DNA of 64,000 nt from Paraspadella gotoi. Lineage: Eukaryota; Animalia; Chaetognatha. Location: the NCBI GenBank assembly GCA_051294375.1, contig CM119268.1:4537454-4601453 (forward strand). The letters are read 5' to 3'. Below, piece by piece: positions 24,661-38,411 of the stretch. A model generated the notes under the pieces. It was not told the origin of the DNA. It ran no database searches and saw only the letters and a list, made by a program, of their open reading frames with translations. Every line of letters begins with the position of its first letter. The stretch's first letter is position 1. Both the position numbers and the translations under genes were made by a program.

Positions 24661-27600
24661 TGAGAGTGAGAGAGAAACAATGAGTCGACATGATGGAAAA
24701 AAATTTTTTTCTCACCAAATTGAATTTTCCCTCGTTTACGTTTTTATTTGATTTTAACCTCGAGAAGCCGGGAGACGGGATTGTCGTTGTTGTTGTTGTC
24801 GTCGTCGTCGTCGTCGTCGTCGTCGAGTTTCTTCACAAGAAAAATGGAATTTGAAGGGATCGAACCCGAGTCCAATTCTTAACCATCAATATACACCGAA
24901 TGGTCGGGTAGACATTTCCGTCAGTTTCTTTGTTTTCCGGAATTTCGGATCCGACGGAAAGCTTGCCACCGTGTGTTCAACCATCAGTATTTTGCAAGAA
25001 GCGTTTGTAACAGGGCTAGAACCTGCGATCATTGGGCTCAGGAGAAAAAGGGTTAGCCCAAGGCACGGTAGAGACTTAGAATTGAGCCAAATTTAAAGGG
25101 CGAATGAAAAATATTTTAAAATTTTTTTTTTAAATTAACTTCTCGGCGTTTTCTAATGCTAGCTAAATGTTTAATTCGGGTTACAAATTATTTTTCAGTC
25201 ATAAAACAAATTTCTTAAATTTTCCTAAAAAAAGTATTTCGTCGACCTGACATCGACGTTGACTTATTCCGAATAACATTCGGCTTCTACCCGAAATCCT
25301 AGGGGGAAGAGAGAGTCACAGTTTCAAATACGTGACGTGACCCCACTGACCAGTCGATCACGTGATTTTTCTTGATCCTCGTAACTCACGAGATTTAAAC
25401 GCCCGACGATCCGTGCCTCTTTCAAACTCAAGATTCAAACGGCGCGTCGCCGAAACCAGATGCGCNNNNNNNNNNNNNNNNNNNNNNNNNNNNNNNNNNN
25501 NNNNNNNNNNNNNNNNNNNNNNNNNNNNNNNNNNNNNNNNNNNNNNNNNNNNNNNNNNNNNNNNNNNNNNNNNNNNNNNNNNNNNNNNNNNNNNNNNNNN
25601 NNNNNNNNNNNNNNNNNNNNNNNNNNNNNNNNNNNNNNNNNNNNNNNNNNNNNNNNNNNNNNNNNNNNNNNNNNNNNNNNNNNNNNNNNNNNNNNNNNNN
25701 NNNNNNNNNNNNNNNNNNNNNNNNNNNNNNNNNNNNNNNNNNNNNNNNNNNNNNNNNNNNNNNNNNNNNNNNNNNNNNNNNNNNNNNNNNNNNNNNNNNN
25801 NNNNNNNNNNNNNNNNNNNNNNNNNNNNNNNNNNNNNNNNNNNNNNNNNNNNNNNNNNNNNNNNNNNNNNNNNNNNNNNNNNNNNNNNNNNNNNNNNNNN
25901 NNNNNNNNNNNNNNNNNNNNNNNNNNNNNNNNNNNNNNNNNNNNNNNNNNNNNNNNNNNNNNNNNNNNNNNNNNNNNNNNNNNNNNNNNNNNNNNNNNNN
26001 NNNNNNNNNNNNNNNNNNNNNNNNNNNNNNNNNNNNNNNNNNNNNNNNNNNNNNNNNNNNNNNNNNNNNNNNNNNNNNNNNNNNNNNNNNNNNNNNNNNN
26101 NNNNNNNNNNNNNNNNNNNNNNNNNNNNNNNNNNNNNNNNNNNNNNNNNNNNNNNNNNNNNNNNNNNNNNNNNNNNNNNNNNNNNNNNNNNNNNNNNNNN
26201 NNNNNNNNNNNNNNNNNNNNNNNNNNNNNNNNNNNNNNNNNNNNNNNNNNNNNNNNNNNNNNNNNNNNNNNNNNNNNNNNNNNNNNNNNNNNNNNNNNNN
26301 NNNNNNNNNNNNNNNNNNNNNNNNNNNNNNNNNNNNNNNNNNNNNNNNNNNNNNCGACAACAACTGAATCAGAGAAAGTCCACTGGTAGTTGCTCGCTTC
26401 ATCGTTGACCTTGAATGCGAGTAAATGGGGAGAGGGGGAGAGAAAGAAAAAATTATTTATAATTTAATTTGACAATCGTGAAATTCATAAAGTTACAATA
26501 AGAGGCGCGTCCCCGCTCCCCCCGCTTCGGATCATCTTCGCTATCGTCATTCCCCCACTTATCCTTTTACAACCATTTCATCATATAATATATATAATAT
26601 ATAATATATATAATATATAATCAAATTCCATTTTCCTGTTTTGGTCAGGCTGTGTAGCGTGTCCAATCCAAGCCACATATTTCTCCTTAAAGAGAAAAAA
26701 ATATTTATAGGTAGTTAAATTCTTTTTCATTCTTACTTCAAACTGTTTTAAAAATAATATATCCATTAAGTCGGAACGAGGAAAAAACTAAGAGTTCTTA
26801 ACCCACCCTAACTTACCTTTTTCCCGGAAATATCTTCTCGCCTCAAGCGATTCGCTGATTCTTTGGTGAAATCCCCGTCAAAGTCATTTCTCCCTAAATC
26901 AACAAAGTTAATGTGATCACTGATCAGCGTAACTGTAAGTGTGACAGTGATTGTTTTCACCACATCCTTTAACCCCTTACCTCTGCAAGCGACCATCACG
27001 AGGGACATTCACAAAATCACGATAAGGAACTTCCCCATCTTCGTCGTTAAGAAAAATAACAAATAAAAAATTTTAAAAAAGACCGAAAAAAAAGAGTTGG
27101 CCTACGAAATGGTAAAAGAAAAACGTGACAGTAAAAAGTTTCTGAGAAAAATTTTGTTTATTATGAAGATGTCTGAGGAGAGAATCCATCAGAGACTGAG
27201 CCGTTTTTATTATCATTTGGCCAATGGCAATTATAGGAAGATAGTAAGGATAAAGTATAATAAAAATGACGAAGATAATAATGAAGCAGAACCCGACGAT
27301 AAAATTAAAATCCATGGCAGAATAAATCAAATTAAAAAAAAATGGCATAAAATCCAGTAACCGTTGATATCCGGGTGCAAGCAGAGCAGGTTAAGTGCAA
27401 ATAGCGGGTAATCAAACAGCTTTTAGGGTGCTCCGGTGTTCCAGCTCTGTTTTCGAACACGAAAACAAGATGACACCGAACTTGCTTCTCCCCTTTTTCG
27501 CAGTATGTATCGTTATCCTTAACATTTTCAATCATTTAATTCCCCGGCATTTTTGAATAACGGTCACCCTTTCCCACTTGTGTGTTCTTTGCTCTCGCCT

Positions 27601-30600
27601 TCCGACTCTTATATAATTAATCCAACTTCGCACCACGTGACTGTCATTACTTTGTCCATCCATTCAATCCCTCTCAAAATGCATTCGAATCGGCACCCAA
27701 CTGAGCTCGCGCTCAATCTCTCTTCTCGCTGCGTTCGAAATCGTCTCTTCTCTCTCTCTCGTCGTGCTCAGCATACTCCCTCTCTTCTCTCCTCTCCTCT
27801 TTCTTCCCTGCTCTCTCTCTTCTCTCCTCTTCTCTCCATCTCTTCTCTCTCCTTCATAGCACATTCGATTCAAGACTCTCTACTCTTTCTCCTTAGTTAC
27901 AGGTCGGTTTTAATTTTTATATAATAAAAAACTTATTTCCCTCTGTGTTTTCCGTCTCTTGTTCACTGCGTTCCGTGGACTCGTATTAATATTATTAATG
28001 CACTTATGAGAGAGCTGCGCACATCAGATGCGTGATCCGGACCTTCTTTTAGTCTCTTTTTTAAATGAATAGGCTGTAGGCACACTAGCCAAATAAGCGC
28101 TTATTCAGAGTTTTATCTCTCTAAATCGCTTAACATTTTTTCCTCGGGGATCCGTTTGGGATCAAATCTTTGTTTCTGGTGATGAAACTGTCTACATCAA
28201 TGTCTTGTGATTCAGCTATTTTTGTGTATATCTCGTCTTTTTTTTTAATAAACCTTACATATAATGAAAAAAAGAAGTAACGTGTACAGAGAACTCTAAT
28301 ATATCTTGTTATTACCTTACTCACATTCATTTGCTACCATCACAGCATACTCCACAACGTCATTGGCGTCAGCTTTACTCCTCACAAGTTTTGCAATCTA
28401 CTTCGAGCTCTCTAGCTTTTCTTGCCGCGCGGTGCTCGTTCGTTTCCCTTCTGCCAACACGTTTACTCACAGTTACTCGATGCAGTTATTTCAACAACTA
28501 TTTGCGCGCTAAATCACATCTTGACGTCTGCACGCTATATAGCTTCAAACCCCTGAACATTGCTACAAGTTTTCTTTTTTCGACAAATTACTTTCCCCCT
28601 TCTATACTTTTAACTCTCTCCTCCCTCCTAACTAGAACACGTGCAACTTACTTTCTAACTTTCGCTTATATTGCGAGTACTCTATTCCCTTTACTCTCTC
28701 TCTAGAAATTGGCGTTAGGCTATATGTGAGACTATTGCTTATGCTATATACTTTGCATGTTTTGTATTTAGTGGAATTGGACATTGTGTGTGGGACGTCA
28801 ATGTTGCTGTGTGGAAGCCTCTCCTGACCCTGTTGGTGGGACAGCCGGAATCGATTGTGCGGTGTGGGGCGGCGTGGGCTGTTCTCAACCACCAACTTTA
28901 GAACGTGAATCATAGCTTGAGGGAGATCGAATCGTCCTCTCGATCACGCTTCAAAGAGTGGCTCGAGGTCATTTTTGAATGTTACAACCATGAGACTCCT
29001 CTCCCTATATTACTCTTGCAGAACCAGTTTCTGGCTCACGCATGGACAGCACGAGGCTGTCACAGGAAGTCTCCACCATCAAACAGTTATCGGCTCTCAG
29101 AAGGACAATGCTTCGCAATAGCCATTTTAGCTCTCTCTCCTCTCTCAATCTCTCTCTTTTTCACCTTTCACCAATTTCAAACTTAGCCTATTTTCTTCTT
29201 TCCCCTTCCTCACCTTCAAGCTGTGTGCTTTTCTCCCAAACTGACACTGCCTCCTTTTTCTCTATATTCTTTTGTTTTCACCACTCTCATTTCTCCACTT
29301 ATCTCTTTCTCTCTCTCTCTCTACTCCTACATTTTTCTTCCTCTATCATACTTCTCTCCCTCCACTCTTTCTCTTCTTTCACCAATCATATGGACATTGT
29401 GGTTTGTTAAAAAGTCGCTCAACCCCATTGTTTACCCCTCCACCACCCGTTCCCACCCATCTCATTTCTGCCACTGCACCGCACTTGCCGCTTTCTCCGA
29501 GAAACTTAAATTACTTTCTCTACCAGGTTACAGTGCGAATTAGTTCATTTCGCAGAAATGCTCTTCAATAGTGACTTCTTTTGCTTAATTCTGCCGCCTA
29601 TAATTCTATTATAATATAACAGCTCGTCTTTGGCAGTACACGACTCTCAAGGTTAAAACCTCAAACAGCGCGTTTGCGAGTACTTTTTAAATGTGAGACG
29701 AGAGCTCTAAAACACTCTTATCTAATTATCAACAAGAAAAACCAAATAAAATAACAAAAGACGAATATGCTTATAGGTTGCGAAGCGAAGTCGGAGAGGG
29801 AGTAGGGGGGGACGTATAAAGAAGATAGGCATAGAAGGCTTGCGGGACCAAATAGCAAGTAACTTTCTACGTGTTTGCGACCAAATTGCAAGTCAGTTTA
29901 CTACGTACTTGCGACCAAATTGCGAAAGCAGTCCCAGTACGTGCTTGTTTCCCAAAGTGCAGAGCAACTGGAGGGGAAAGTCATCGGCCAAAAACATAGT
30001 TGGCGTTCGTTTATAAAAAAAAAAAGGAGATGCGAAGGAGGAAAAGAAATTGAAGAGACGTGAGAGAGAGAGAGAGAGGAGATGCTGACGTCAGGCAAAT
30101 TAGTAGCTGAGTATTTTGATGTTGAATTTTGAGTGTAAGNNNNNNNNNNNNNNNNNNNNNNNNNCGGGTTAATCAACCTTTAGGTGCTGCAGCCTGATCC
30201 GAATATGAAAAACAAACGATTGCTTGTTTTTTCGAATATATTATAACATTTTAAAATCCGGATTAGAACTAACTTCCGTTTCTTCGATAACAATAGACAT
30301 TAACTTACAACTCCGATGACAATCGATTCAGGGCGTGAAAGTTTTGGGAATCTCCGCTCCCACATCTACAATCGAGTTTTTCTTGTTTTTTTTATTTTCC
30401 TCACCTTCCATTTTTTTTAAAGGAAAACTTCCCTTCACAATAATGTAGGAAACAAAAGTTCAAATTCAAAATTAATCGATCGGTTAAAATTAATTTTAAT
30501 CGGTGACAAACCGTTACTTCTACTTCTAGTACCCGTTGGTGTTTTCACTCTCTCTCTGTCTCTCTTGCATTCCCTTCCACGTACTCACATGCATGAACGC

Positions 30601-31120
30601 GCATGCACGCATGCACGCATGCACGCGCGCAAACCCTTGTACTCCATGCCTCCACCTCAACGAGGGATAAAGAAAAGTAAATGGAATATGTTGGTGTCGA
30701 TGAACCAGAATCCCTACCAACCGCAACAAAGCAACTTTCATTGCGGTGTCAAACCCACTTTTTTTCCATCTCTTTTTTTTCCCCAATTTTTATATTTATT
30801 TTTTTCATTGGACATTGGAGATCAATCTTCGAATCGCAATTAAATCAATTAGATTTCAACGTAACTTTTTTTTAAAAGTTTTTGCTCAACTCGTAATTAC
30901 CTAACAGCCTTGTGTNNNNNNNNNNAACGATGTAAAAATATGAACTTGGTTAATATAAAATATAATTTTTTTTATGATAACTAATTTCTCTTTTGTTTGT
31001 TTTTGACGATAGCATTAGTTTTGATGCCGCTAGACTCGCATTAAATTTTGATCTATTGATTAAAAATTCTGAATTTGTTATCGTTTAATCGTTTAATGTT
31101 TTATGAGGCATGCCGATTTT

Positions 31121-31259
<139 letters not shown>

Positions 31260-32565
31260 CGCTCGCCCTCCAATTCTGGTTACTCGCTGATTTGTTGCAG
31301 ATCGGTTTTCCGTTGCTGGCGGCAAAAAAAGGTCGTTGCTCTTAGTTCAATCTGTAGTAAAGTCACGTGAACGCGAGGATTTTATAAAGTGACAAAATCT
31401 TAATCTTATGAGTCAAAGATTTGATTTTAAGGTTTCTTATAATTTAAATGACTTAATTTTTATGAGTATATTTAAGTTGACGTTTGTTTGAGTATAATTC
31501 GTTTGGAATTAGCAAAAAGGCGACTCATAAAAAACTTACAGTATTGAAAAAAATTAACGAATTTTAAATATCAAACGAAAAAAAAATGACGTAAATAAAA
31601 ATTCTCGCAATTTTTTTTTTTTCGTTTTTATTTTTTGGTTGTTTTTGTTTCCGATCTTATTTCTTCGTTTCGTTTTTGATTTTTTTTTGGCCTTGAGTTT
31701 TGTTTTTTCTCGTTTCCTTTTTGTCTCGGGAGCCACTTTTGTCTCTATATAATCAGGTTACTGAAGCCATCGTCGTTTACGTCGTCTTCGTCGTCGTCGA
31801 CAAATGCTCTTTTGCTCTTTTTTTTTTCTCTGCTCTTTGCGGCCAGAAATCAAAAAAATTCTCGATCTGCATATAATCGAGACGAGAGGGAAAAGCGCAG
31901 ATTCCAACCACACCTCCTCTTTTTCCTCCTCTTCCTCCTCCTCTTCCTCCTCCTCCTCCTCCTCTTCTTCTTCCAGACCTCCCCCGGTTCCGTCTGTGAG
32001 GCTTTCGCGAGCTTCCGTGAGTCGCGGGGAGGAAGGAAGGAGAGATGGAGGGAAGGAAAGAAGGAAAGAAAAGAAGTAGAAAAAAAGAGAAGGATAGAAA
32101 TAAAGAAAAGAAAGAGAGTAGGAAATAAAAAAGGAAAGAAAGTGAGAAAGAAAAAAGAAAGGTAGAAAGGAGAGACGGGGAAAGAGTAAGAAAAAGAGAA
32201 ATAGAGAATGGAAGGAGAGAAGAAATGAAAAAAAGAAAGAAAAAAGAAAAAAGGAGACAAGAATATAAAAAAATAGAGAACAAAAAAGAAAGAAAGAGAA
32301 ATGAAAAAAAAAGAGATTGAGAGAAGAGAGAAAAGGAGGGAAGAAATCACGAGAACGAGCGGAGAAGTAGGAGAAAAAATGAAGAGGAAGAGGAGGAAGA
32401 AAAAAAGGAGGAGGAGGGGGAAGAGAAGGAGGAAGAGGAGGAGGAAGAGAAAGAAGAGAGAAACCGGCAGGAATTTTTTATATAATGTTGTTTTACGCAT
32501 TTCCTGTTTTCGAGGAAAAGCGCGGCGGCGAAAGAGAAGAGAGAGAGGAGAGAGAGAGAGAGAAG

Positions 32566-32600
<35 letters not shown>

Positions 32601-32603
32601 AGA

Positions 32604-32636
<33 letters not shown>

Positions 32637-32814
32637 GTAGGGAACCGGCACTGATTAAGCCCTTGTTTATAATTGCTGTGACGCACCTAGTTTTGTCCTT
32701 GAATGAAGATAAACTAAAAATTCTGGTTTTTGTATTATTATCTTTTTTCTACAACCTATGAAATTCTAAAACTTTCTTTCTAAAATCCTTACTTTGGAAA
32801 ACCGCGAAAGCCAA

Positions 32815-32861
<47 letters not shown>

Positions 32862-33054
32862 TCTCTTTCTCTTTTCATTTTTTATAACCTTTATTCTTAT
32901 CTTTGGCTTTGCATATATTTGTGGATAAAAAATGCGTCATCAACGATTTCAATTGTCTTAAATGTTCTCACTCTGTCATTCTCTCTCTCTCTTTTTCACG
33001 AAACCAGTTAAAATTAATCAGTTAGAATTAATCATGTTCATATATATTTTATTA

Positions 33055-33111
<57 letters not shown>

Positions 33112-34049
33112 ATTTCCTGCCATCATTCTAGTGAAGAATAAAAATTGTTTTCATTGAAAATCGATAAAAAAAAAGTAAAGTAGAAATAAAACAAAATTAG
33201 ATTATAAGGCCTTCGTTTCTCTGTTTCTAATTCCGTCTATCTCTCTCTCTCTCTCTGATCTTCCGGGGAGAGGACGAGGCCGTCAGGCCCTCCGCCCTGG
33301 ACACAGCCAACAGGTCCTCTGCTCTGAATGCGGTCAATCGGCCAGTTCTGGAGTTGAATGCGGTCGAATAGACAGTAGAAAACTACAAATTTTAACTACA
33401 TTGAATGATGTATTTGTTTATTGCCAAGGGATTCGTTAGAAAAAAAGGGACACAGTTCTGCCTAATGCTTGCGTACTATTAACATTCTGTGTTTTAGTAT
33501 TGGCTCTTCAGCATTATTAGATAAAAGGACCCATTAGACGTACTCGATACTGTCCGGGGTCAAGTATTTATATTTCTATTTCTCTCTCTATCTCTCCCTC
33601 TCTCTATTTTTTTTAATCATACTCCGCGCACTCAGATGGTCAGACGTATGCACATACGGACAAGGAACGCAAAAAAAAAACAAAAAAAAACTAAAGTTTT
33701 AAGATTATAAAAAAAATTTAAAATTGAAAGAAGAATTTGAAAGTCACAAAGCAAGCAAAGCATTTTCTTTTAAAATTAGATATGTAGATAATTCTCAAAA
33801 TATACGTAACTGAATTTATTAGCGTAATTAGCGAAAATAAGCTAATTGGCTAAACGATGGAGGTAGTTTGTAATTCAAGAGTCGCGCAGGAGTAAAAAGC
33901 TTGAAAATATGGACAAAGCTTGTAAAGATTCAAAAAAAGCTGGTAAGCCTTTTTGGAGGAAAAAGCTCGAAAGCTTGGGAATTTGATCGTGAAAGCTTGA
34001 GGCAGATCCAACGCGACAATTCGATCCGACAAAGCCGAACGTTTTTCCC

Positions 34050-34099
<50 letters not shown>

Positions 34100-34457
34100 T
34101 GGTTGGCGTTCGCGGTTTTCCAAAGTACGGGTTCGGAAACGTGGTCACCATAAATCCCAGGATTTATGGCTTCTGAATGGAATCGTAGGACGGAGGACCA
34201 CCGGGGAAACGGTTTGATGGTGATACGCCATTGAAGTGGTAGAGAGACAGAGATGTCGTAAGACAGAGAGAGAGTCGCTGGCAAAGAAAGAGAGTGGGGG
34301 TAAAACGTCATTAATGGTGAGAGATTTCATTGAAAGAGAGAAGAAAGAGAAAGAAAACACATTAAAGAATTAGAGGGGAGAGAGAGGAGAGAGCGAGGAG
34401 AGATCAGTTGGCGAGAGAGAGAGAAGAAGAGAATGAGAGAGAGGGAGGAGACGGAGA

Positions 34458-34492
<35 letters not shown>

Positions 34493-34639
34493 CAGAGAGA
34501 GAGAGAGTTAGAGGCCACGATTGACGGAAACTGGGAAGAGGCAGCGAGAAACAGGAAAATGAGAGGAAAAAAAACTGCAGCGAAGGATTTTTTTTTTCTC
34601 GATGGCCCACTTTTGAGTTCCCGCCCGCCCTCTTCCAGC

Positions 34640-34725
34640 CCTTAACCAGTTTAACCACTTTAACTACTTTAACAATTCAACCACTTTAACCAAACCACTT
34701 TAACCACTTCAACCACTTTTACCAT
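34640..34725. repeat. ~10-bp minisatellite (ttaaccactt)
   Basis: About 8 degenerate tandem units. Confidence 0.7.
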
Positions 34726-34818
34726 TCCTTCGTCTTCTACCAGTCTTCTAACCAATCAGCTCTCTTATTACAATTTCCTGCCCTCAATCATTTTTTCTCT
34801 CTTTTCGATCGTTTATCA

Positions 34819-35195
34819 TTTGCGCCTCGAGTACTCGCGGAGCAACTCTATAAGCAACTTTTAAGTCGGTCGGTCGGTCGGTCGGTCGGTATGTCTATCC
34901 GTCGGTATGTCCCACTTTGGTTAAAAATGCATATAATTTGCCTATAGTTTGTTCTTCATTTGTTAAGACAGTAAAAAACTCAAATTTAAGGGACTGCTTG
35001 CGCCGCTTTCAGGAATTCCTAAAACTATAAGGAATAAAAGAAGGAATTTTGATGCAGTTCATGTCATAAATATGTGGACAAAAAAGTTTTTTAATCATGT
35101 CATGTTATATCATGTTATGTCATATCATATGATCCAAGGGAAATACACGTAAAAATAAAGTCATTGCAGCGCGACACATTGGAATTACCGTTTTA
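34819..35195 (+). mobile_element. DINE-1/HINE-like non-autonomous element, family B
   Basis: 5' tgcgcc.cgagtactcgcggagcaactctataag, (gtcg)n tract, catgt repeats, 3' gcagcgcgacacattggaattaccgtt; homologous to copies at 51011, 54254, 54790, 55698. Confidence 0.7.
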
Positions 35196-35290
35196 GGTTT
35201 TTTTTTTTTTTTTTTCATTTATCTCTTTATCTTTCTTTCCCTTCGTCTTCTTATTAACTTCATAATCCACCTTCGCCACCAGATTCTTTC

Positions 35291-35657
35291 GGCTAAATTT
35301 TCCCAGAGCGGACCATTTCTCTTCCTTTATCCTTTAATAGATTATATTTTTATTATTTAACCAAAATATGTTTTTAAACTTATAACACAATCTCTAACCG
35401 TAATCGGTACCCTTAAATCCTTATCCGTAATAATTAATTATAATTAATAAAGAAAACAAAGTTTTGATTAACAAATTAACGATTTAATTAAACCATTAAA
35501 CTTAAACTTTGATCCCTAACGCTAATCGTTAGGATAATTTCTAACCCTAATCCGTAACCTTAATCCCTATCTCTAACCTCAAACCTAATATTTACCCTAA
35601 AAAGTTCACTCGATTCTAAATTTAGGACGAAATGGGGCGTTTTGGGAAAATAAGGCC
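35291..35657. mobile_element. MITE-like element with TIRs and degenerate telomere-like (cctaac) interior
   Basis: Left ggctaaattttcccagagcggaccatttc, right gaaatggggcgttttgggaaaataaggc; interior ccctaac/cctaat runs. Confidence 0.5.
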
Positions 35658-37075
35658 TAATTTTTCCGCCCCACCCGCCCCCCCATTCCAACCCGCCCCC
35701 CCATTCCAACCCACATTAAAACGTCCTTCATCAAATCTCCATTACGGTTATTTTTTTGATCGATCGGTCGTTGACGGTTTTGGTAACCGATGGAACTTTT
35801 TTTGGTTCCATCACTTTTGGTCATTCGCGCGACGTTTTTTTCTTCTTCGTCCTCGCCACTTCTAAAAAAAAAAAAATATCCGAGTGGCGCAACATCTAAA
35901 AAAATTATTGGTGTCCGTGACTTAAATACTTAAATAAGAATAATCTTTTTTTTAAGATTCTGTTAGTTCGGTTCAATTCCATTTGTGACTTTTTCGAAAT
36001 CTAATTCTTGTGACGCATTAATTCATGAATAAATATTATCTTTATCTTCCAACTCCTAATTGAAAATGTTTCAAAGAACCAGAAGCCAATTGCCCTGTCT
36101 TATCCGCCAATCAACATGATGGACGCGAGGAAAGACAGAAATTTCGACAGACTGACCCACAAATTTTAGGCCCCAGACTCTTGCTACTTCTCCCTGCGGA
36201 ATATCATCTCCATCTCTCTCTCGCTCTTTCTCTTTTCTCTCTCTCTCTCTCTCTCTCGATCTCTTTCTCTTCGCTGCTCATCCTCTCTCTCGTCTGCTCT
36301 TCTTTCTCCTCTTTCTTCTCTCTCTCTCGCGTCTCTACGTCTCCTTCTCTCTCTCTCTCTCAGAAATTGAAACCTAACGAACTTTTCAGATCTTTCAGCT
36401 TCACTTTCAACTTTTTTATGGTAGAAAATTTGCTTCTGCGAGGCGTCCTTCTTTCGTCGATGTTTTAGGCGCCTCCGTCCTTGCCGGTCACCGCCTTCGC
36501 TCACTAACTCTTGTTTCTTTTTCTCTTCAAAAACAACTATAACACACATTTTCGCTCCTTCACTGCGTCTCCTCTCTTTCACACTCTCGTATGTCGTCCT
36601 CTCTCCCTTCGTCGTCGTCTCCGATCTCTTTCTCTCCTGATCGTCTGTCTCGTGCTGCATCGAGATTGGTGTCTTCGTCTCTCTATAATCCCCTCAGATC
36701 GGCTCGTCTCTCGTTCTCTCTCTAATCTCTCTCTATCTGCTCTCTCTCTTTTTCCTTCCACATTTCTTCTTTCTTCCTAACGTAAGTCTGTCCTCTTTCT
36801 CTCCTTCTTTCCAGCCTCTTCCACCTTCGTTCTTTTCTCCTTTTCCTCTCTTCTTCGCGTCCTCTTTTTTTCTCTTAATTCCTTCCTCTTCTCAGCTTTG
36901 CTCCCGTTTCCTTTCTTTCTTTCCTTCCTTTCCTCCCTTCCTTCTTTTCTCCCTTCTCTCCTCGAAACGAAGAAAAAAAGCTCGTGGAAAATGGAGTGCT
37001 TGGGCGGCAAGGTGGCATCGAAACCGGAGGCTTTTTATCCCTAAAATACCGAGAGCGAGCATTAGAGAAAGTGTC

Positions 37076-37114
<39 letters not shown>

Positions 37115-37739
37115 GAGAGAGAGAGAGAGAGAGGAGGAGGGAGAGAGAGAGAGAGAGGTAGAAAGAGTAGGGNNNNNNNNNNNNNNNNNNNNNNNNNGAG
37201 AGTGGATCGAGGATTGAGAGAGAGAGAGAGGAGAAGAAGAGAGGGAGAGAGAGGGAGAGTAAATGAAGTTGAGATGCAAGAGGAAGTTGATAGGTTGAAG
37301 AGGAGAAAGAGAGAACGAGACAAGAAGAAGAGAGGGCAGGAAGGAGGAGACCTTGGAGGAAAGGCGACAAGAAAGAGAGAGACTAGGGATAAGGGACGGA
37401 GAGAGTGAGAGAGAGGAATGGAAGTGCGTGAAGAGAGAAAGAAAGAAAAAGGAAAGAGAAGAGGAAAAGAGGAAGAATAGGAGCGAGAGGTGATGGAGAA
37501 CAAGAGAGACGTGATGGAAAGAGGCGAGAGAAGAATGAGGAACGGGAGAGGAAGAGATGGAAAAGGAAGATAGAAAGGAGGAAATAGAAGGAAGAAGAAA
37601 AAGAAGAAGTAGAAAAAGAGAAGAGAGGAGAGAGTGAAAAAAAGAAAAAATCAAAAGTCTGAAGACAGAAGATAATTGGAAGAACTGAGAGGAGAGAGAG
37701 AGGAAGAGGAGATGACGAGGAGAGAAGAGAAGAGAGAGA

Positions 37740-37793
<54 letters not shown>

Positions 37794-38353
37794 TGAGAGT
37801 AGAGGATGAGAGAGCGCCTTCATTTTTCTTTCCAATCAAGGCCATCTCACGGTCGCATCGGGGGAGACGTCATTAATCTCGAGACAAAGCGAGATTTTCT
37901 CTCCAAAACCCGAATCCCAAATTGTCAGGTTTGAAATAAGAATCATAAGATGCATTTGGGGCTCGGTAAAATTAAAAACTATAAAACATTAAATCATATA
38001 AAAAATCACGCTTTATTCAAATTTAATCATTTCTTGAGCACAAACAGTTTTATTTAAATCAGAACAAATGAGATTTAAAATCAAATTCGATCGATTTATT
38101 CTATTTTAATAATAATGATAATTCCGTCATCTTTAATCTATTTCGTTTCATTTCGTGACATCTCACAACACAAACGACATTAACAAGCATAATTCTCCCT
38201 TAATTCACTTCCTTTACTGTTATTTTTCAATGCGTTTACGTGATTTCTCCCAACGTGAATAATTAGCGAATTAATTCCGAGATTTAAATTTAAAATTTAT
38301 CAAATTATAGTGAGTATTTTTTTTTCTACGTCGTCGTCTTGAATTTTACGCCG

Positions 38354-38369
38354 TCAGCGTTTCGACGGA

Positions 38370-38411
<42 letters not shown>

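Noticed and set aside
24855-25080. B-box-like motifs (gggatcgaacccg; gggctagaacctgcg) suggesting tRNA genes
   Set aside because: No cloverleaf or A-box could be built; at most decayed SINE heads.
27405-30255. Cluster of short ORFs in 27.5-30.1 kb
   Set aside because: No recognisable motifs or splice structure; bounded by a noisy duplicate (27405-27535 vs 30165-30255), suggesting low-quality gap fill.
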